The notes under the pieces: model-generated
Databases searched by the model: none
Told to the model about the DNA's origin: nothing
The model's input: the letters and a program-made list of their open reading frames with translations, nothing else
Assembly (NCBI RefSeq): GCF_009914755.1
Contig: NC_060928.1
Origin: the human T2T-CHM13v2.0 reference genome, Homo sapiens
DNA: 64,000 nucleotides
Strand: one strand, 5' to 3'
In this document: piece after piece, positions 28,701 through 42,148 of the stretch
Position numbering within the stretch: the stretch's first letter is position 1
Layout of the letters: every line of letters begins with the position of its first letter
Program-made: the position numbers and the translations under genes

Positions 28701-29517
28701 GCTGGGATGTAAACTAAAGAGCTTTTGCATGGCAAAATGAACAGTCAGCAGAGTAAACAGACAACCCACAGAGTGGGAGAAAATCTTCACAATCTATACT
28801 TCTGACAAATGACTAATATCCAGAATCTCTACAATGAACTCAAACAAATCAGTAAGATAAAAAGACATAATCCTGTAAAAAAGTGGGCTAAGGACATGAA
28901 TAGACAATTTTTAAAAGAAGATATACAAGTGGCCAACAAACATATGAAAAAATGCTCAACATCACTAATGACCAGGAAATGCAAATCAAATCAACAATGT
29001 GATACCACCTTACTCCTGCAAGAATGGCCATAATCAAAAAAATCAAAAACAGTACACATTGTCTTGGACACGGTGATCAGGGAACACTTCTACACTGCTG
29101 GTGGGAATGTGAACTAGTACAGCCACTATGGAAAACAGTGTGGAGATTCCTTAAAGAACTAAAAGTAGAACTACAGTTAGATCCAGCAACCTCACTACTG
29201 GGTATCTACCCAGAGGAAAATAAGTCATTATTCGAAAAAGATACTTGCACATGCATGTATATAGCAGCACAATTCACAATTGCAGAATCGTGGAACCAAC
29301 CCAAATGCCCATCAATCAACGAGTAGATAAAGAAACTCTGAGTATATATGGTAGAATACTACACAGCCATAAAAAGGAATGAATTAACAGCATTTGCAGT
29401 GACCTGGATGAGATTGGAGAACATTATTCTAAGTGAAATAAGTCAGGAATGGAAAACCAAACATCATATGTTCTTACTGATATGTGGGAACTAACCTATG
29501 AGGACGCAAAGGCATAA
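25702..29517 (+). pseudogene. L1 ORF2p remnant (endonuclease, RT, C-terminal), multiply disrupted
   Basis: Fragments ISILTLNVNGLN...CLQETHL (EN), [11 protein letters not shown] and TLLHCWWEC...[12 protein letters not shown]. The RT motif reads FANN at 27788-27799 instead of FADD. Confidence 0.92.
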
Positions 29518-29875
29518 GAATGATACAATGGACTTTGGGGACTCGGAGGAAAGAGTGGGAGGGGGGCAAGGGATAAAAGACTATAAATATGGTGCAGTGT
29601 ATACATGGATGATGGGTGCACCAAAATCTCTATCAGCACTAAAGAACTTACTCATGTAACCAAATACCACCTGTACCCCAATAACTTATGGAAAAATAAA
29701 AAAATAAAAGATTTCTGAGCTAAGATTTTTAAAAATACCTTCTATTTGAAAGGGAAAAGAAGAAGAAATGATACATACGATGGATTATGTGGATGGTAGC
29801 AAAAAATACAGAAAGTGAGAGAACTACTTAGCTCACAAAATAGTAGTTTATGGTAGTAGAAATATGGGATTCTGC

Positions 29876-30297
29876 TGTAGCAGAGACTGCCCAGTATTTT
29901 CATTAATATCCAGGTTTTATTTGTCTTGGCACACTGCTAAATTACAACAGACCCCCCTTTCATTTGGGACCTTGTGATGCATTCTCTCCAATGGAATATG
30001 AGAATTAATATGTGTCTGGGCTGATATGATTAAAAGCAGAGCTTCGAAAGCTCTTTCTTTTCACTTGTCTATTGACCTGGCATATTCACCTGTCTATTGA
30101 CCTCAACTGGATGATCCAGTTGAGGACTCCAAGGCCCTTAGGAATGGAGAGTCCTCTTGATCCAAGTAGCCTGGATCCCTGAATGATTGCAGGAAATAGA
30201 GATCTCTGTCTGCTGACTTTGTGCTATGAAAAGAAAATAAACTTTTATCATGTTTAGCCACTGATATTGTTACTACAGTCTGTCTACTCTGACGTGT
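29876..30297 (+). mobile_element. Old MLT1 (I/J-like) solo LTR
   Basis: TGTAGCAGAGACTGC start, GCCTGGATCCCTGAATGA and AATAAACTTTTATCATGTTTAGCCACTGA. Confidence 0.7.
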
Positions 30298-32857
30298 CTT
30301 CCAGTAGATGGTGTATGCTTTATTCTTACAACAGCAACAACAAAAACACCTAAGCTAATCACTGTTTTAAGCTGAATTTTTAATTCCAGAAAGATAATGC
30401 ACTGAAAAAAACTGGGTCCAGTGAGTTATAAGAAGTATGGCAGAACAGTGTTAAAAATGGTCCCCACTAATTTTCAGGATAAAATAATAGTAAGAAAAAC
30501 CATGAGTAACATTTGTTTTATGAGATGTTTGTCCATCAAGGTAAGGGTGTCCAACATGATGAACTTGACATTATAGTAGAAGGAGGTGTACAATGTCTCA
30601 TGTATTACTGAGACTTTGTAGATAGAGCTCTTGGCTACACTATGACAATGCAATAGAAATCTTTATTTAAAGAACTGAGCTGATTAGAAAGGGTGGCAAA
30701 ATTGTGTGTGCAAGACAGTACTCTCCTGCTTTTACCATTCTTGCTCATCAATAGTTGTCAATATTCTAGACTTGAGGGGTCACTTCTGTCCATCTGACTT
30801 CAAATATCATCCTACAGTCTGAGCTAATACTTCTGTATTTTCTGCACCAGACTGGACTCAAGCTTAGTTTTGATAAAAAGAAAATTATATAATGGACTCT
30901 GGTCATCTCAACTCTACTCCAGGGCCACCCTAAAATGTGGGTGGATCACCCTATAGCATTGTCACTTCAGTCTGACCCAGCCTGATCTTCTTCTCACTAC
31001 TTTGAATAAGAATTCCACATAGCTGACCACCATGTCTTATCTTAGTTATTAAAGTACTAATTGGCAGAAGTCATGAGATTATTGAGGTAGTATGCATTTG
31101 GAAGTTATCTGAGTGAGAATAAAGAGGGTAAAATAAGAGAAAAGCAATAGCAATTGCTGTTACAGGAGTTAGCATATTAGACCAGTTGGCACATTTGGAT
31201 ATTGCAATCAACATACAGGGACACAGGGGTGTAAATAATATATAAAAGACACAAAAGCGTATTGAAGCCCTCATATATAATGAAGTCCTCTGGAAGTCTC
31301 ATTCCTCTTAAAGTAGAACATCTGATACATGATTGAATTTTTTCACTAATAAGTTCATTTTTTGGAAGCTACTATGGGGATTTCTACTTTGAACAACATT
31401 GAAAAAAAAAGAAGGGCTGATTTTTGGTGTATAAACATTGACATAAAATCAAAGGAAGGATATACACAGGGTGTAGTCATGTGCACTGGAAAACAGCTTT
31501 AAAATATTCACAAAAAGCATGACTCTATGTTCATGAACTTAAAAGAAGAGGGTAATTCAAAAAGGAAATCAATCTCAAAAGAAAAAAAAGGATAGGAATC
31601 TGCAAGAAAATAAATTCTGACAATTCAATTATAAATAATCCCATAAAAGAAGAAAAGGGGGGAGACATAAAGAAATCAGTGTAGCTATACCAGGGGTTAT
31701 CTGAGAATGCACGAATGATGGAAGAGGCACATTTCAAAGGAAGAAAATAAAGAAGTATTCTAACCAGAAAATTCATTACAAAAATATTAAAACCCAGAAT
31801 AAGTTAGAGTTTTGAAACACACTGATGAAAACAAAAATGTCCTCGTTACTCTACTGTGTATGGAAAAAGACCATAAAGAAAGATTAGTCTTGGCCCAGAT
31901 GATGTGATGTTGAAAGGGAGAAATGAGAAGAAGTGAGTATTTATTTTACTTCCACTTTCCATATGAAAGACAACGATCTTCAAAGCGTACAAGGTAATAC
32001 TTTGCCAAGAAGAAATTGGGCTTAAGGTAGGCAAGGAAGGAAAAATTAAACCAACATTTATTGACATCTACTACGTGCCATGTATTTATTCAACAATTAC
32101 TCTTTGGAAATTTTCTATATATGTACTTTTCTAGTCTCCAGATATATAGCAATTAATAAGTTAAATGAGTCCCTGCATTCAAAAAGCTTTCATTTCCTGT
32201 GAAATTGTATAATACATCTCATGCATTACTAGGAATTTAAAAGATATCCATTCTTTTACAGAAATAGAAATCAAAGCTAAGAGAGGGTCATTAAGTTGCC
32301 CAAGGACATAAAGCATATTTAGGATAGACACTGGAATGGTAACCTAATGCTGATTAACTCCCAAACTCTATATTTTCTATTTTCTAGTATGTAGCTTTTT
32401 CCAAAGTAGAAAGTAGAAGTTTATATGAATTGCATCCTAGAGCTTGCAGTAATTGCAGGTGTAATTGTAAATAACTGTTGGCATTTTACAAAATTAGAAA
32501 TATGAAAAAGTCTACTACAAAAATATAAACATTTTACTATTCAAAGATGGAAAATATATATATATTTCAGAAATTACAAATAGGCAAATCTAGTGTGTAT
32601 TTAAAAATAGATTTTCACCAGTAACATACTAATACTTAAAAATAAGTAATAACCACTGCTATAAGTAATCAAATAGCAGGCTATGTGGTTTCTAGAAATA
32701 CGTGCTAGACTTAGTTTGAAAAACATTGTGATTTCAAGAAATTATTTAACCATTTAGCTCAAACATTTTCACAGTAGTATTTCTGGTGTCTTAATGCTTA
32801 GTGATACAGGTAGATTTATGTGTTACTGCTGTTTGAAAATTATTTCAAAAATTACTG

Positions 32858-33174
32858 AGCCAGGCATGGCAGCTCACGCCTGTAATCCCAGCACTTTGGG
32901 AGGCTGAGATTGACAGGTTGCTTGAGCTCAGGAGTTCAAGACCAGCCTGCACAACATGGCAAAACTCCATATCTACCAAAAAAAAAAACAAAAAAAAAAA
33001 TTAATGGATTTGGTGGTGTGTGCTTGTGGTCCTAGTTACTTGGGAGGCTGAAGTGAGAGGATCACTTGAGCCTAGGAAGTCAAGGCTGCAGTGAGCCGTT
33101 ATTGTACCACTTCACTACAGCCTGAGCAACAGAGTGAGACTCTGCCTCAAAAAAGAAAAAAAGAAAAGAAAAAG
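32858..33174 (+). mobile_element. AluJ-like SINE
   Basis: Dimer with exact TSD AAAAATTACTG (32847-32857 / 33175-33185). Confidence 0.93.
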
Positions 33175-33553
33175 AAAAATTACTGGAAGGAAGACTTGGT
33201 GCCATAAAGCTCTGATGTTGGGCCTACTTTTATACATTTTAAACTACATCATTAACAAAGACATAGAGACCTATTTAGAAAAATTTTAGGAACAGAAAAT
33301 TGTGAAGAGTAGCTAATACACTGGACTTCTGAGTAAAAATGAAACCTAATTTTGAGAAGTCAAATAAACAACATGAAATTTGACAGGGGACATATAAAAT
33401 TTTACACTGAGTTTCCAAAATTGAATATTAACAAAGAAGGGAGGATTTGCAGCTCATGATTTCTTCATGTAAAAAAAAGTCCCAAAGGGTTTTTGGTACC
33501 ACAAATCCAATTACAGGCAACAGTATACAATAGCTTTCCATAAGAAAATAATA

Positions 33554-33894
<341 letters not shown>

Positions 33895-35388
33895 TCAGCC
33901 TCATTTATATTCATTTACGCAACCACACAAAATATATTTTAAATGGGACATTGTCATAATAAAGTCCACCCAAAAGAGAGGTACAAAGACATGTAAGATC
34001 AATGACTATTTTAACCACTTCTGTATCTCCAGTGCCTAGCTGTGGGTCTGGAACAAAATTTTCATTTAGTAAATATTTGTTGAATTAATAAATGATAGAC
34101 AACATATATCACGGAATATAGTTAAGGAAAGGTCTAAAGAAAAGTGGTTTAACAGGGTGATGGTAGTGGCCCTTAAGTAAAGAACAGCCTATCATATAAA
34201 AGATGGGTGAAAATTTTTTCTGGTAGTCCTGGGGAAAGTTAAACATATTTTTTCTGCAGTAGAAATAAATCTTTAAAATGTTTACAGGTATCTAAAAATG
34301 GAATGGTAGTCTTTCCAAGTGTGAGCTCCTTGATACTTTATATGTTAAAAAGATAAAGGATTATCAGATTTAAGGGAGACGCTGGATAAGTCTCTGCTGC
34401 AAACACTTCTAATGGAAAAATCTCTGATTCTATGTATAATTGTGGTTGCATTTTTTTCTTTATTGTCTTTTGAAGTTTCTTATTTCCTCAGTTTACTAGT
34501 CCTGAAAGTGTTTCAGGTTTAGCTCTAAAACGTTCCATCTAAAGAACATTGAATTTAGTGTTTAGACCATCTTAAGATAAAAAAAAAAAGCCTACTTTTT
34601 CAGTAGAAAAATGAAACTGAAACAAATTAGAAGAACAATGAAACTGCCTTCAATTTTAGAAGATAAATTCAGATCTAAGATGGATAGATCTGACTGAAAA
34701 TGGAAGTTACAGCAGGTGAAATCCCAGCTTTGTGAGGAGTGAATTGTCACATGAACTACGATGACTGCTAGAGCTTGCAGAAGGCACCATGTGGCCTTCT
34801 TGGTGCTGCCCATCTCCCTCTGCTTGCCCTGGCTTAGCCCTCATCACATGTTTTCATCAGCAACAACTTTTCCTTATGGACCCTCTTCCTCAGTAGGCTG
34901 TGAGCTCTGTGGGGCAAAGACACTTTCTATCTGACTAACCATTAGATCTCTAACAACAAACAGAGTGCTTAACACATTAGACTCAATAAATATTTCTTAA
35001 GTAAGAGCACAAATAGATAACGGAATCTTTACTATATCAAAATTATATTTTAGATGTAGCATCCTTATTTCTGGAGTGCAGTGATGACAAATTTACTACA
35101 AGGATGCTGAAAAATTTATCTCACTGGTAGTGAAGTCATTTAAAGATCTGATCTCTTGATCTTAAAAGTTACTTTTGTCAATTAGAATATTCTCTATTAC
35201 AATAATATTATATACCTATCATTCAAACTTATTATTTTTAGCTTTCATTTTGCTATCAACAAAAGAAGTGTTTGACTACCTCCTAGCATAGAGGAATGAC
35301 CACTATATGAAACAAAAGAAATCCTCTATCAATGATTCTGACAGACACTCCTCTAAGGTAATAAGGATAGAAAAATTAGTAGGACACA

Positions 35389-35722
<334 letters not shown>

Positions 35723-36014
35723 TTAGAAGCTCTCAGTACAGTAGTAGAGACAATGTGTAAATAGATGTGCATACCATAATAACAATGTACGAACAACGTT
35801 GGTACAGTTAAGGGGCATCTCTAAAATAGGTAATAATGCAAGAGAGATATATCAGGATATCTCAAATACATACAAGGAGGAACTAATTGATTCAAATAAT
35901 GGTTGAAGAGGAGAGAAACAGAGAATTTTTATCGTGTATCTCAAAACCATGCATGTAAACTATTGATCTTGCTGGGTGTCGGGGGAGCATGTGTTGAAAT
36001 TATGAATGAAAGCT

Positions 36015-36200
36015 GTAATCATCACTAACATTTGTATAGTGCTTTGCTGACCACTAAGCTCACAAAACCCTATATTATCACCATTTTATAGATTAAACTC
36101 TGAAGCTAAGAGAAGTTAAGAGTTAGCCCAGATCTCTTAGCCAGTAAATGATAAAACTAGAACTGTAGCCCAGCATCTAATACCAAGTGTTTTTCACTCT
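36015..36200 (-). mobile_element. MIR SINE
   Basis: CTAACATTTGTATAGTGCTTT...CCATTTTATAGA...GAGAAGTTAAG...GCCAGTAAATG. Confidence 0.7.
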
Positions 36201-36889
36201 TACATGAGAAAAGATCTTCAGACCTGCTTAACACACTAAAATAAATATTCCATGCATGTATCTCATTTCTGTAAAATTATTTGAATTCAAGGATTTTATG
36301 CATAAAAGTACTACCTAAATGTGACATAAATTTTACATGATCACATTAATTTAATACAAAAGCATACTCCTCTGCCTTCCCCATCCTTTTCCTTATCTAC
36401 CTGTGAAATAACTTAGGAACATTGCTCAAGTTGGAAGCACACAGCCTCTGTTAGCATTAACAAGAAAACCTATCTGCAATGTTGTTTTCTTTCTTTTAAA
36501 AAAATGAACTGTGTAGATGAATGGCTTAGTTTGTTTTCATCATAGTGATGGTATTCTGAATTGATGGCCATGACAGATCTGTTTTTTACACTAAAAAATA
36601 ATGACACTTTCAAGGTAAGTTGCTGTCATATACTGATTACCTGAGCAGAGATAAGAAGATAATAATAATCATTATAAACATACTTGCTTCTGAGTTCAGA
36701 GGAATATTTGCGGTAGGATGAAAATTTTTACTAGAATTATAGCAAACTCCAAACCCTCTTTCATATTATAATTTATACTTCTGAGCTTTTGAATTTCTTA
36801 CTAGGAAGGCTTTGAGTTTATAAACAGAAATAAAATTGAAGTGGAAATTATTTATGCACTTTAATGTTTAATGCTTTACATTAACTAGC

Positions 36890-37132
36890 ATTATTAGCAG
36901 TGGTCTTAACATGAGCTTTAAAGTAATATAAACATGGGTGTTAGGTTTCTGCTTCCACTCATTGACGTTGTGACTAAAAACAAGTTATTTAAAATTTCTG
37001 TGCCTCAGTTTTATTGTCTGTAAAATGGAGACGTTAAAATTTTAGAGTGATATATAATATGTGAGGTAATATATGTAAAGTGATTAGCATAGTGATTAAC
37101 ATGTTAAAGGCTTAATAAATATTATCTATTGT
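36890..37132 (+). mobile_element. MIR SINE
   Basis: CAAGTTATTTAAAATTTCTGTGCCTCAGTTTTATTGTCTGTAAAATGG...TATGTAAAGTGATTAGCATAGTG. Confidence 0.82.
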
Positions 37133-37628
37133 TATGGGATTCCAGAAAAAAGTTTTGAAGACAAGATTCTTTTGTTTGTAAACATTTTGGAAGGATCAGG
37201 TGATTCAGTGGGTTAAATAATTATCTGGGGCTTCAGTAGTGATTAAGGTACAAGACCCAATTTTGCCTTTCCTAGTTTTGTTTCTTAAAACATCTCACCT
37301 TATTTGCTACAAATTTGTCAGCACCAAAAAGGAAATAATACTATCCATTCGAACCTTAGGATTTTGAATCTAGAAAAGATCATAGGCATGATTGATTGCA
37401 ATTTATTTATTTTATTAGAAAAGAGACTGAAAAATAAAATCTAAAGAATTTTTTGTGACTATATGAATTAAAAACTAGCAACAACTCTCCTTCCAGTTTG
37501 TGTTTTTGGTAGAAGAATAAATTGTGCATGAATTAGAAATAATACAGCAGCTAATACCACATCTAGCTTTCATTTTTACAGTAAACTCTCCATCCACATT
37601 TGAAATCTTCATTTAAAATAATGTGTTG

Positions 37629-37806
37629 GGCTGGCTGTGGTGGCTCACACCCATAATCTCGGCACTTTGGCAGGCCAATGTGGAAGGATCACTTGAACCC
37701 AGGAGTTCGAGGATGCAGTGAGCTATGATCATGCCACTGCACTCCAGTTTGAGCAACAGAGTGAGAACTCTGCCCCTCCTCACAGAAGAATAAATAATTA
37801 ATAAAT
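37629..37806 (+). mobile_element. Free Alu monomer (FRAM/FAM-like), copy 1
   Basis: Single arm ending GCAGTGAGCTATGATCATGCCACTGCACTCCAG with an (AATA)n tail. TSD AAAATAATGTGTTGG / AAAATGATGTTTTGG (13/15). Confidence 0.88.
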
Positions 37807-38319
37807 AAAATGATGTTTTGGTTTGTATCTGACATTTCCCTACCTGTATAATTAATCTAGTGAGTGGTCTACTTAGCATATTGGGCACAAGAAGGGGTTC
37901 ATTTAATGACACCTCTCTACTATACAACAAAACTATTTTCCACAATATTCACAAAATGAAATAAATAGCAATGCAAAAAGAAGCATACATGTAAAAATGT
38001 TCTTTTATTGAACTTCATATAGCTATGCAAATGGAAACTAAGTGTGATAATATCAAAAGAAAACAGTAGTTAATACTTTTTAATTTCATTAATTTTGTTA
38101 ACAGAAAACTAACACAGAAAGAAGGGTTTCCAAAGAGTAAACTCTGAAAGTTTTAGATAATAACTTGAAAACTAAAAGACAAACGAGAGTGGATTAAAGT
38201 CCTGCTTCCTTGACTTTATAATCACTGCGGTCACATTTATTTAAGTATAATTTGTAAATGCAGAAATCTGTAGTACCATAGGACTTGGATAATCCAACTC
38301 AATGTAAGATTATCCAACA

Positions 38320-38531
38320 TCATCTTGGTGCAGGTTCACATTAGCTCATAGGTAGCTATTATGGACATCTCTTCCTAAATTCTAGCTCAGTGACATCACA
38401 TAAGTGATTTGATTATTAATTCAGATAAATCATGGAGGATGCAATAATACCAAGGAAATCAGCAAGAGCAACAAATCAAGATTTTTTTTCTTTGGTTAGC
38501 CAATTGTTAAACACTTACCAGTACATCACAA
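38320..38531. mobile_element. MER63A-like hAT-Blackjack element
   Basis: CATCTCTTCC...CAGTGACATCAC...GGAAATCAGCAAGAGCAACAAATCAAG...TTGTTAAACACTTACCAGTACATCAC. Confidence 0.6.
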
Positions 38532-38779
38532 ACCAAACTGTACTCAGAGTGAGCCCAAACAATTTCAGTTGAGAAATTACTCTCAAATCAATAAACTGTA
38601 GTGAGTCTATAACAGTTGGGAGCCAACTGTATAACTAACTGGTAGTTCTCTGAATTAACTTTCACATGAACACAACATATTTAGAGAATTTGTTTAGAAC
38701 TTAGATAGATGAAAAGTCATTCAGAATTGTTGTTTCATGGTGATAATGAAAAACAGACTGATTTCAAATTGGTTTTTGT

Positions 38780-39452
38780 ATTGGTTTAAGTTTTATTTGT
38801 GAAATCAATTTTATTGACATAATTTGTTTGCATATTTTCACAATTTGATGAATGTTGACAGTTGTATAAACTTTGAATCCACTATCATTATAAATAAGCA
38901 AGCATTTCTAGAACTAACAATAGACTCCTCTTGCCCCTCCGCAGTGCGTAGCTCCCGTTGCACAAGCCCAGGCAACAACTGATACAGTTTTGTCATTATG
39001 GATGAATTTGCATTTTCCAAAATTTTAAATAAATTGAATTGTATACTATGCATTCTTTTGTGTTTCATTTTATTTCATTGAACATGATTTTTTTTAAAAG
39101 AGTCATTCTTTGTGTTACATTTATCAATAATTTATTCTTTTCATTGCTGAGTGGTTTCCCATTGAATGTATAATATTTGGTTTATCTATTCATATATTGG
39201 TGGACATTTACCTTGTTTCCAGTATGTGGGCTCTTGTGAATAAAGGTGGTAAGATTTGTGTTCACATCTTCTTCAGGACATATGTTTCTATTTCAGGGTA
39301 TATATTATTAGGAGAAGAATGTCTGGGTTATATGATAGGTTTATGATTAACTCTTAAAAGAGGACATTTTTCTAAAGTGGATTCATCATTTTTCAACCCA
39401 ACCAGCAGTGCAGGAACGTTCTAGTTGCACCTCATCCTCACCAACATTTGAT
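38780..39452 (-). mobile_element. Old L1 (L1ME-type) 3' fragment
   Basis: Antisense L1 3'UTR motifs: CCCAGGCAACAACTGAT, GGTGGACATTT...GTTTCCAG, CATCCTCACCAACATTTG. Confidence 0.75.
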
Positions 39453-40464
39453 TAGAGGGAGTAGATCACTGCTTCCCAGTAGCCCAAGTAAAGGTCTTAT
39501 GAACTTTATTGAAGCTAACCAGGTGACACAACCTTCCCAAAACAACAATTGTGGTTTCTGTTTGCTCAGGTCTGCACCATGGATCTATCTTGTATCTGAT
39601 ATTTGATTCTGGTCCACTATAAGCCACAGGCTGAGGGTTGAGGAGGCAGCCTTTTCTCAGGGGGAAACTAGGAAACTGTTAGAGAAAGTTGAATGATTCC
39701 AGGAGGCCAAAGATCAACCTGATTCTCCTATATATTTCCATTATGTATAGATAACTCCTAGAAATAACAGCTTTTTAAACTCAGAAGTGCATAATTAAAG
39801 AAAAGTCTAGTTTTGGTTGGAAGAACAGTACAATGAAACACAGCAACTAATAAACATATGCTCAGGACGTATAGTGAAGAAACTGATGGGTAGGTGTTGA
39901 GAAAAACAGATTAAGTCCATTGCTTTCTGTTTCTTTTTTGTTCAAAATTCATGGAAATCTGTAAGGCAACTGAGTGTACTTGCTAAAGGCAGATGGTTGT
40001 GTTCTCTTGCTTGGTGGCATAGAAAGCTGAAGGAGGTACAGATGGCCAGACGGGGGAGGCTTTAGAAATGTGTGTGAGGCCAATACTAATTTTAGGAATC
40101 ATAGCATTTATGAAGACCTAAAACTTTTGGAATATTTGTTGATCTGACAACTTATAGTCTAGAACCTAGGAACATTATTGTTACTATTCAACCTTGGCCT
40201 TTGGGCACAGAAGGAAGGAGAGCTGGATCATTTCTGCTTGCATAGCCATGTATACAAAGCTAAATAAAAGAACAAATTTTCAACTATGATTCTTCTTTGC
40301 ATTGTTATTTATTTCATTTTGTGAATATTATTGAAAATAACTCTATTGTATAGTGGAGAGATGTCATAAAATGATCCCCTCCAGGTGCCCAACATGCTAA
40401 GTAGGTCACAGGCTAGATTGATTATATAAGCATGGAAATGTCTGGTACAAACCAAAATATCCTT

Positions 40465-40648
40465 CTATTTATTTATTATTTATTTATTATTTTTTGGTGG
40501 GGGGCAGGGTTCTCACCCTGTTGCCCAGGCTGAAGTTCAGTGGCACAATCATAGCTCACTGCAACCTTGAACTCCTAGGCTCAAGTGATCCTTCCACCTT
40601 AGCCTCCCCCAATCCTGAGAGTATGGGCATGAGCCATCATACCCACCT
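40465..40648 (-). mobile_element. Free Alu monomer (FRAM/FAM-like), copy 2, inverted paralog of 37629-37806
   Basis: Shares unusual variants with copy 1: CCCATA in place of CCTGTA, GTGGAAGGATC, and a GAGAAC(C/T)CTGCCCC end. Confidence 0.88.
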
Positions 40649-40843
40649 CAAAACATTTTTTAGCTGCTTATGTTCCTTGAACACGGTTTATGGGGATGAA
40701 ATCTAAAGTTTGGTTAACTGGTCCTGTTTCTGTTCATTAAAAACTAAATGGTGATTTCTGAAAGTTATTTAAGTTAAACAAAACATTTTATTGACTTTGC
40801 ATTTTGTCTTACCATTCCTATCCCCCTTACCCTGCTCACTTGA

Positions 40844-40900
40844 CATATATGTATATGCACACACACACACACACACACATATATACACACATATATCTAT
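40844..40900. repeat. (CA)n/(TA)n compound microsatellite
   Basis: Direct reading. Confidence 0.9.
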
Positions 40901-42148
40901 ACAATTAAAGATGTGTGGATATGTATTTATAATATATACACCTCAAAATTTATTTATTTTTACTAATTCTCTTCATCCTCTCACTGAAATGAAAACTTTA
41001 TGAGAGAAGATTATTTTATATGTATTCTCTTCACTGTTTTATTTCTTTCACCAAGAAAAATTCCTGGCATGAAGTAGGAACTTCAATATATTTGCTGGAT
41101 ATTTTGTGAATATGTTTTGGATAGGCAGTGGAAAGTTAAAGATGAGGGTAGGGACTTAGCCTGACTTATTCAGTGATTTATCCGGAATGCCAACAATAGT
41201 GCCCAGCAAATAGTAGATTCTCAATGAATGTTTATTGAATAAATTACATATCGATTCTTCAACCATTTTTTGTGAAGAAGACAATGTTAACTACTGGATA
41301 GTGAAAGAAATTGGGGTGCTGGTGGTTTGAAAGAAATGCTGAAAGTTTGTAATAATTATTGTGAGCAATCATAAAAATAGCCAGTCAGAGACACCAACTC
41401 TCCCACTCACCAGAGGATTTTAAAGATGAAGAAACTCTGTATTTGTAGTGGGCTCTAACCTATGTGAATCTATAATTTCCTTCAGCATCGCTCAGCTATC
41501 AAAGACAAGCTGATAGTTGTATTGACTTAATGACACCTCTCCACCCTTTCCTACCTACCACCCCCACCCTGCCTGCCAAACAAAACTCCTATCTAAATAA
41601 AAATCACCATGATGTGTCTTGGGATTTAGATTGCACAGTAATAAAAGTGGCTCCACAGTGGACAGAAATACTGTGATAAAAGGTATAAAGATTAGAAGAC
41701 AGTAGAGTCAAAGAAGAGGAATAGTGGAAGTGGTGAAAGACTGAAGTTATTAGCAATTTAGTCACAGAATGGGATATTGGAACTTGTTTTTAGGAAGCAT
41801 TTCAGTTTTTAGGTAATAATATTCAGCCTGAGGCCAAGGTAAAATGTTAGCATGAGTAGAATTAAGTTTGTTTGAAGTTTGGTAGCAGGGGATAGGAGTG
41901 GAGAAGTCCAAGCAGTAGAGAACTAGTTTCTAGGTTGAGTCTTCCAGACTTGGGTTGAGTCATGTTCGATATCTCAAATGAACGAAAAAGTGACAGAGAC
42001 ACCTATAGGTGGCAGTAGACAGGAGGAGTGGGGTTGGGGTAGTATAGACAGACAATGGAAGCTTCAGAAGAGAAAGGGAGTGGTCAGTTAATGTCTTTAA
42101 AAAGGTAATAGTTGGCTAAGAGAGAATAGGGTTGGGGTGAGATGGGGT

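Larger units (their letters stand above)
23223..29702 (+). mobile_element. Full-length L1PB (L1PB1-like) LINE-1, inactive
   Basis: 5' end GGATCATGGCAG...GGCAGGACTAGATTGCAGCTC, then ORF1 and ORF2 remnants and an L1PB 3' end (AAAGAACTTACTCATGTAACCAAATACCACCTGTACCCC). TSD AATAAAATACTTCTG (23208-23222) / AATAAAAGATTTCTG (29703-29717), 13/15 identical. Confidence 0.95.
37615..40662. repeat. Inverted duplication with arms ~37615-38037 and ~40231-40662 (spacer ~2.2 kb)
   Basis: The arms are colinear reverse complements over both the Alu monomer and the non-Alu flank, including a perfect 24-mer AATATTCACAAAATGAAATAAATA (37944-37967 = revcomp of 40306-40329). Confidence 0.92.

Noticed and set aside
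30400-31050. Unassigned segment that might be an old LTR or DNA element
   Set aside because: I could not match it to any family with confidence.
38285-38317. 10-bp inverted repeat TTGGATAATC...GATTATCCAA inside the inverted-duplication spacer
   Set aside because: Real but short. It may be a DNA-transposon remnant or chance, and it is not at the centre of the large inverted repeat.
37500-39860. Weak direct similarity between ~37500-37562 and ~39808-39858 (TTTTGGT..GAAGAA; ACAGCARCTAATA)
   Set aside because: Two short blocks with inconsistent spacing in AT-rich DNA; not distinguishable from chance without an alignment.
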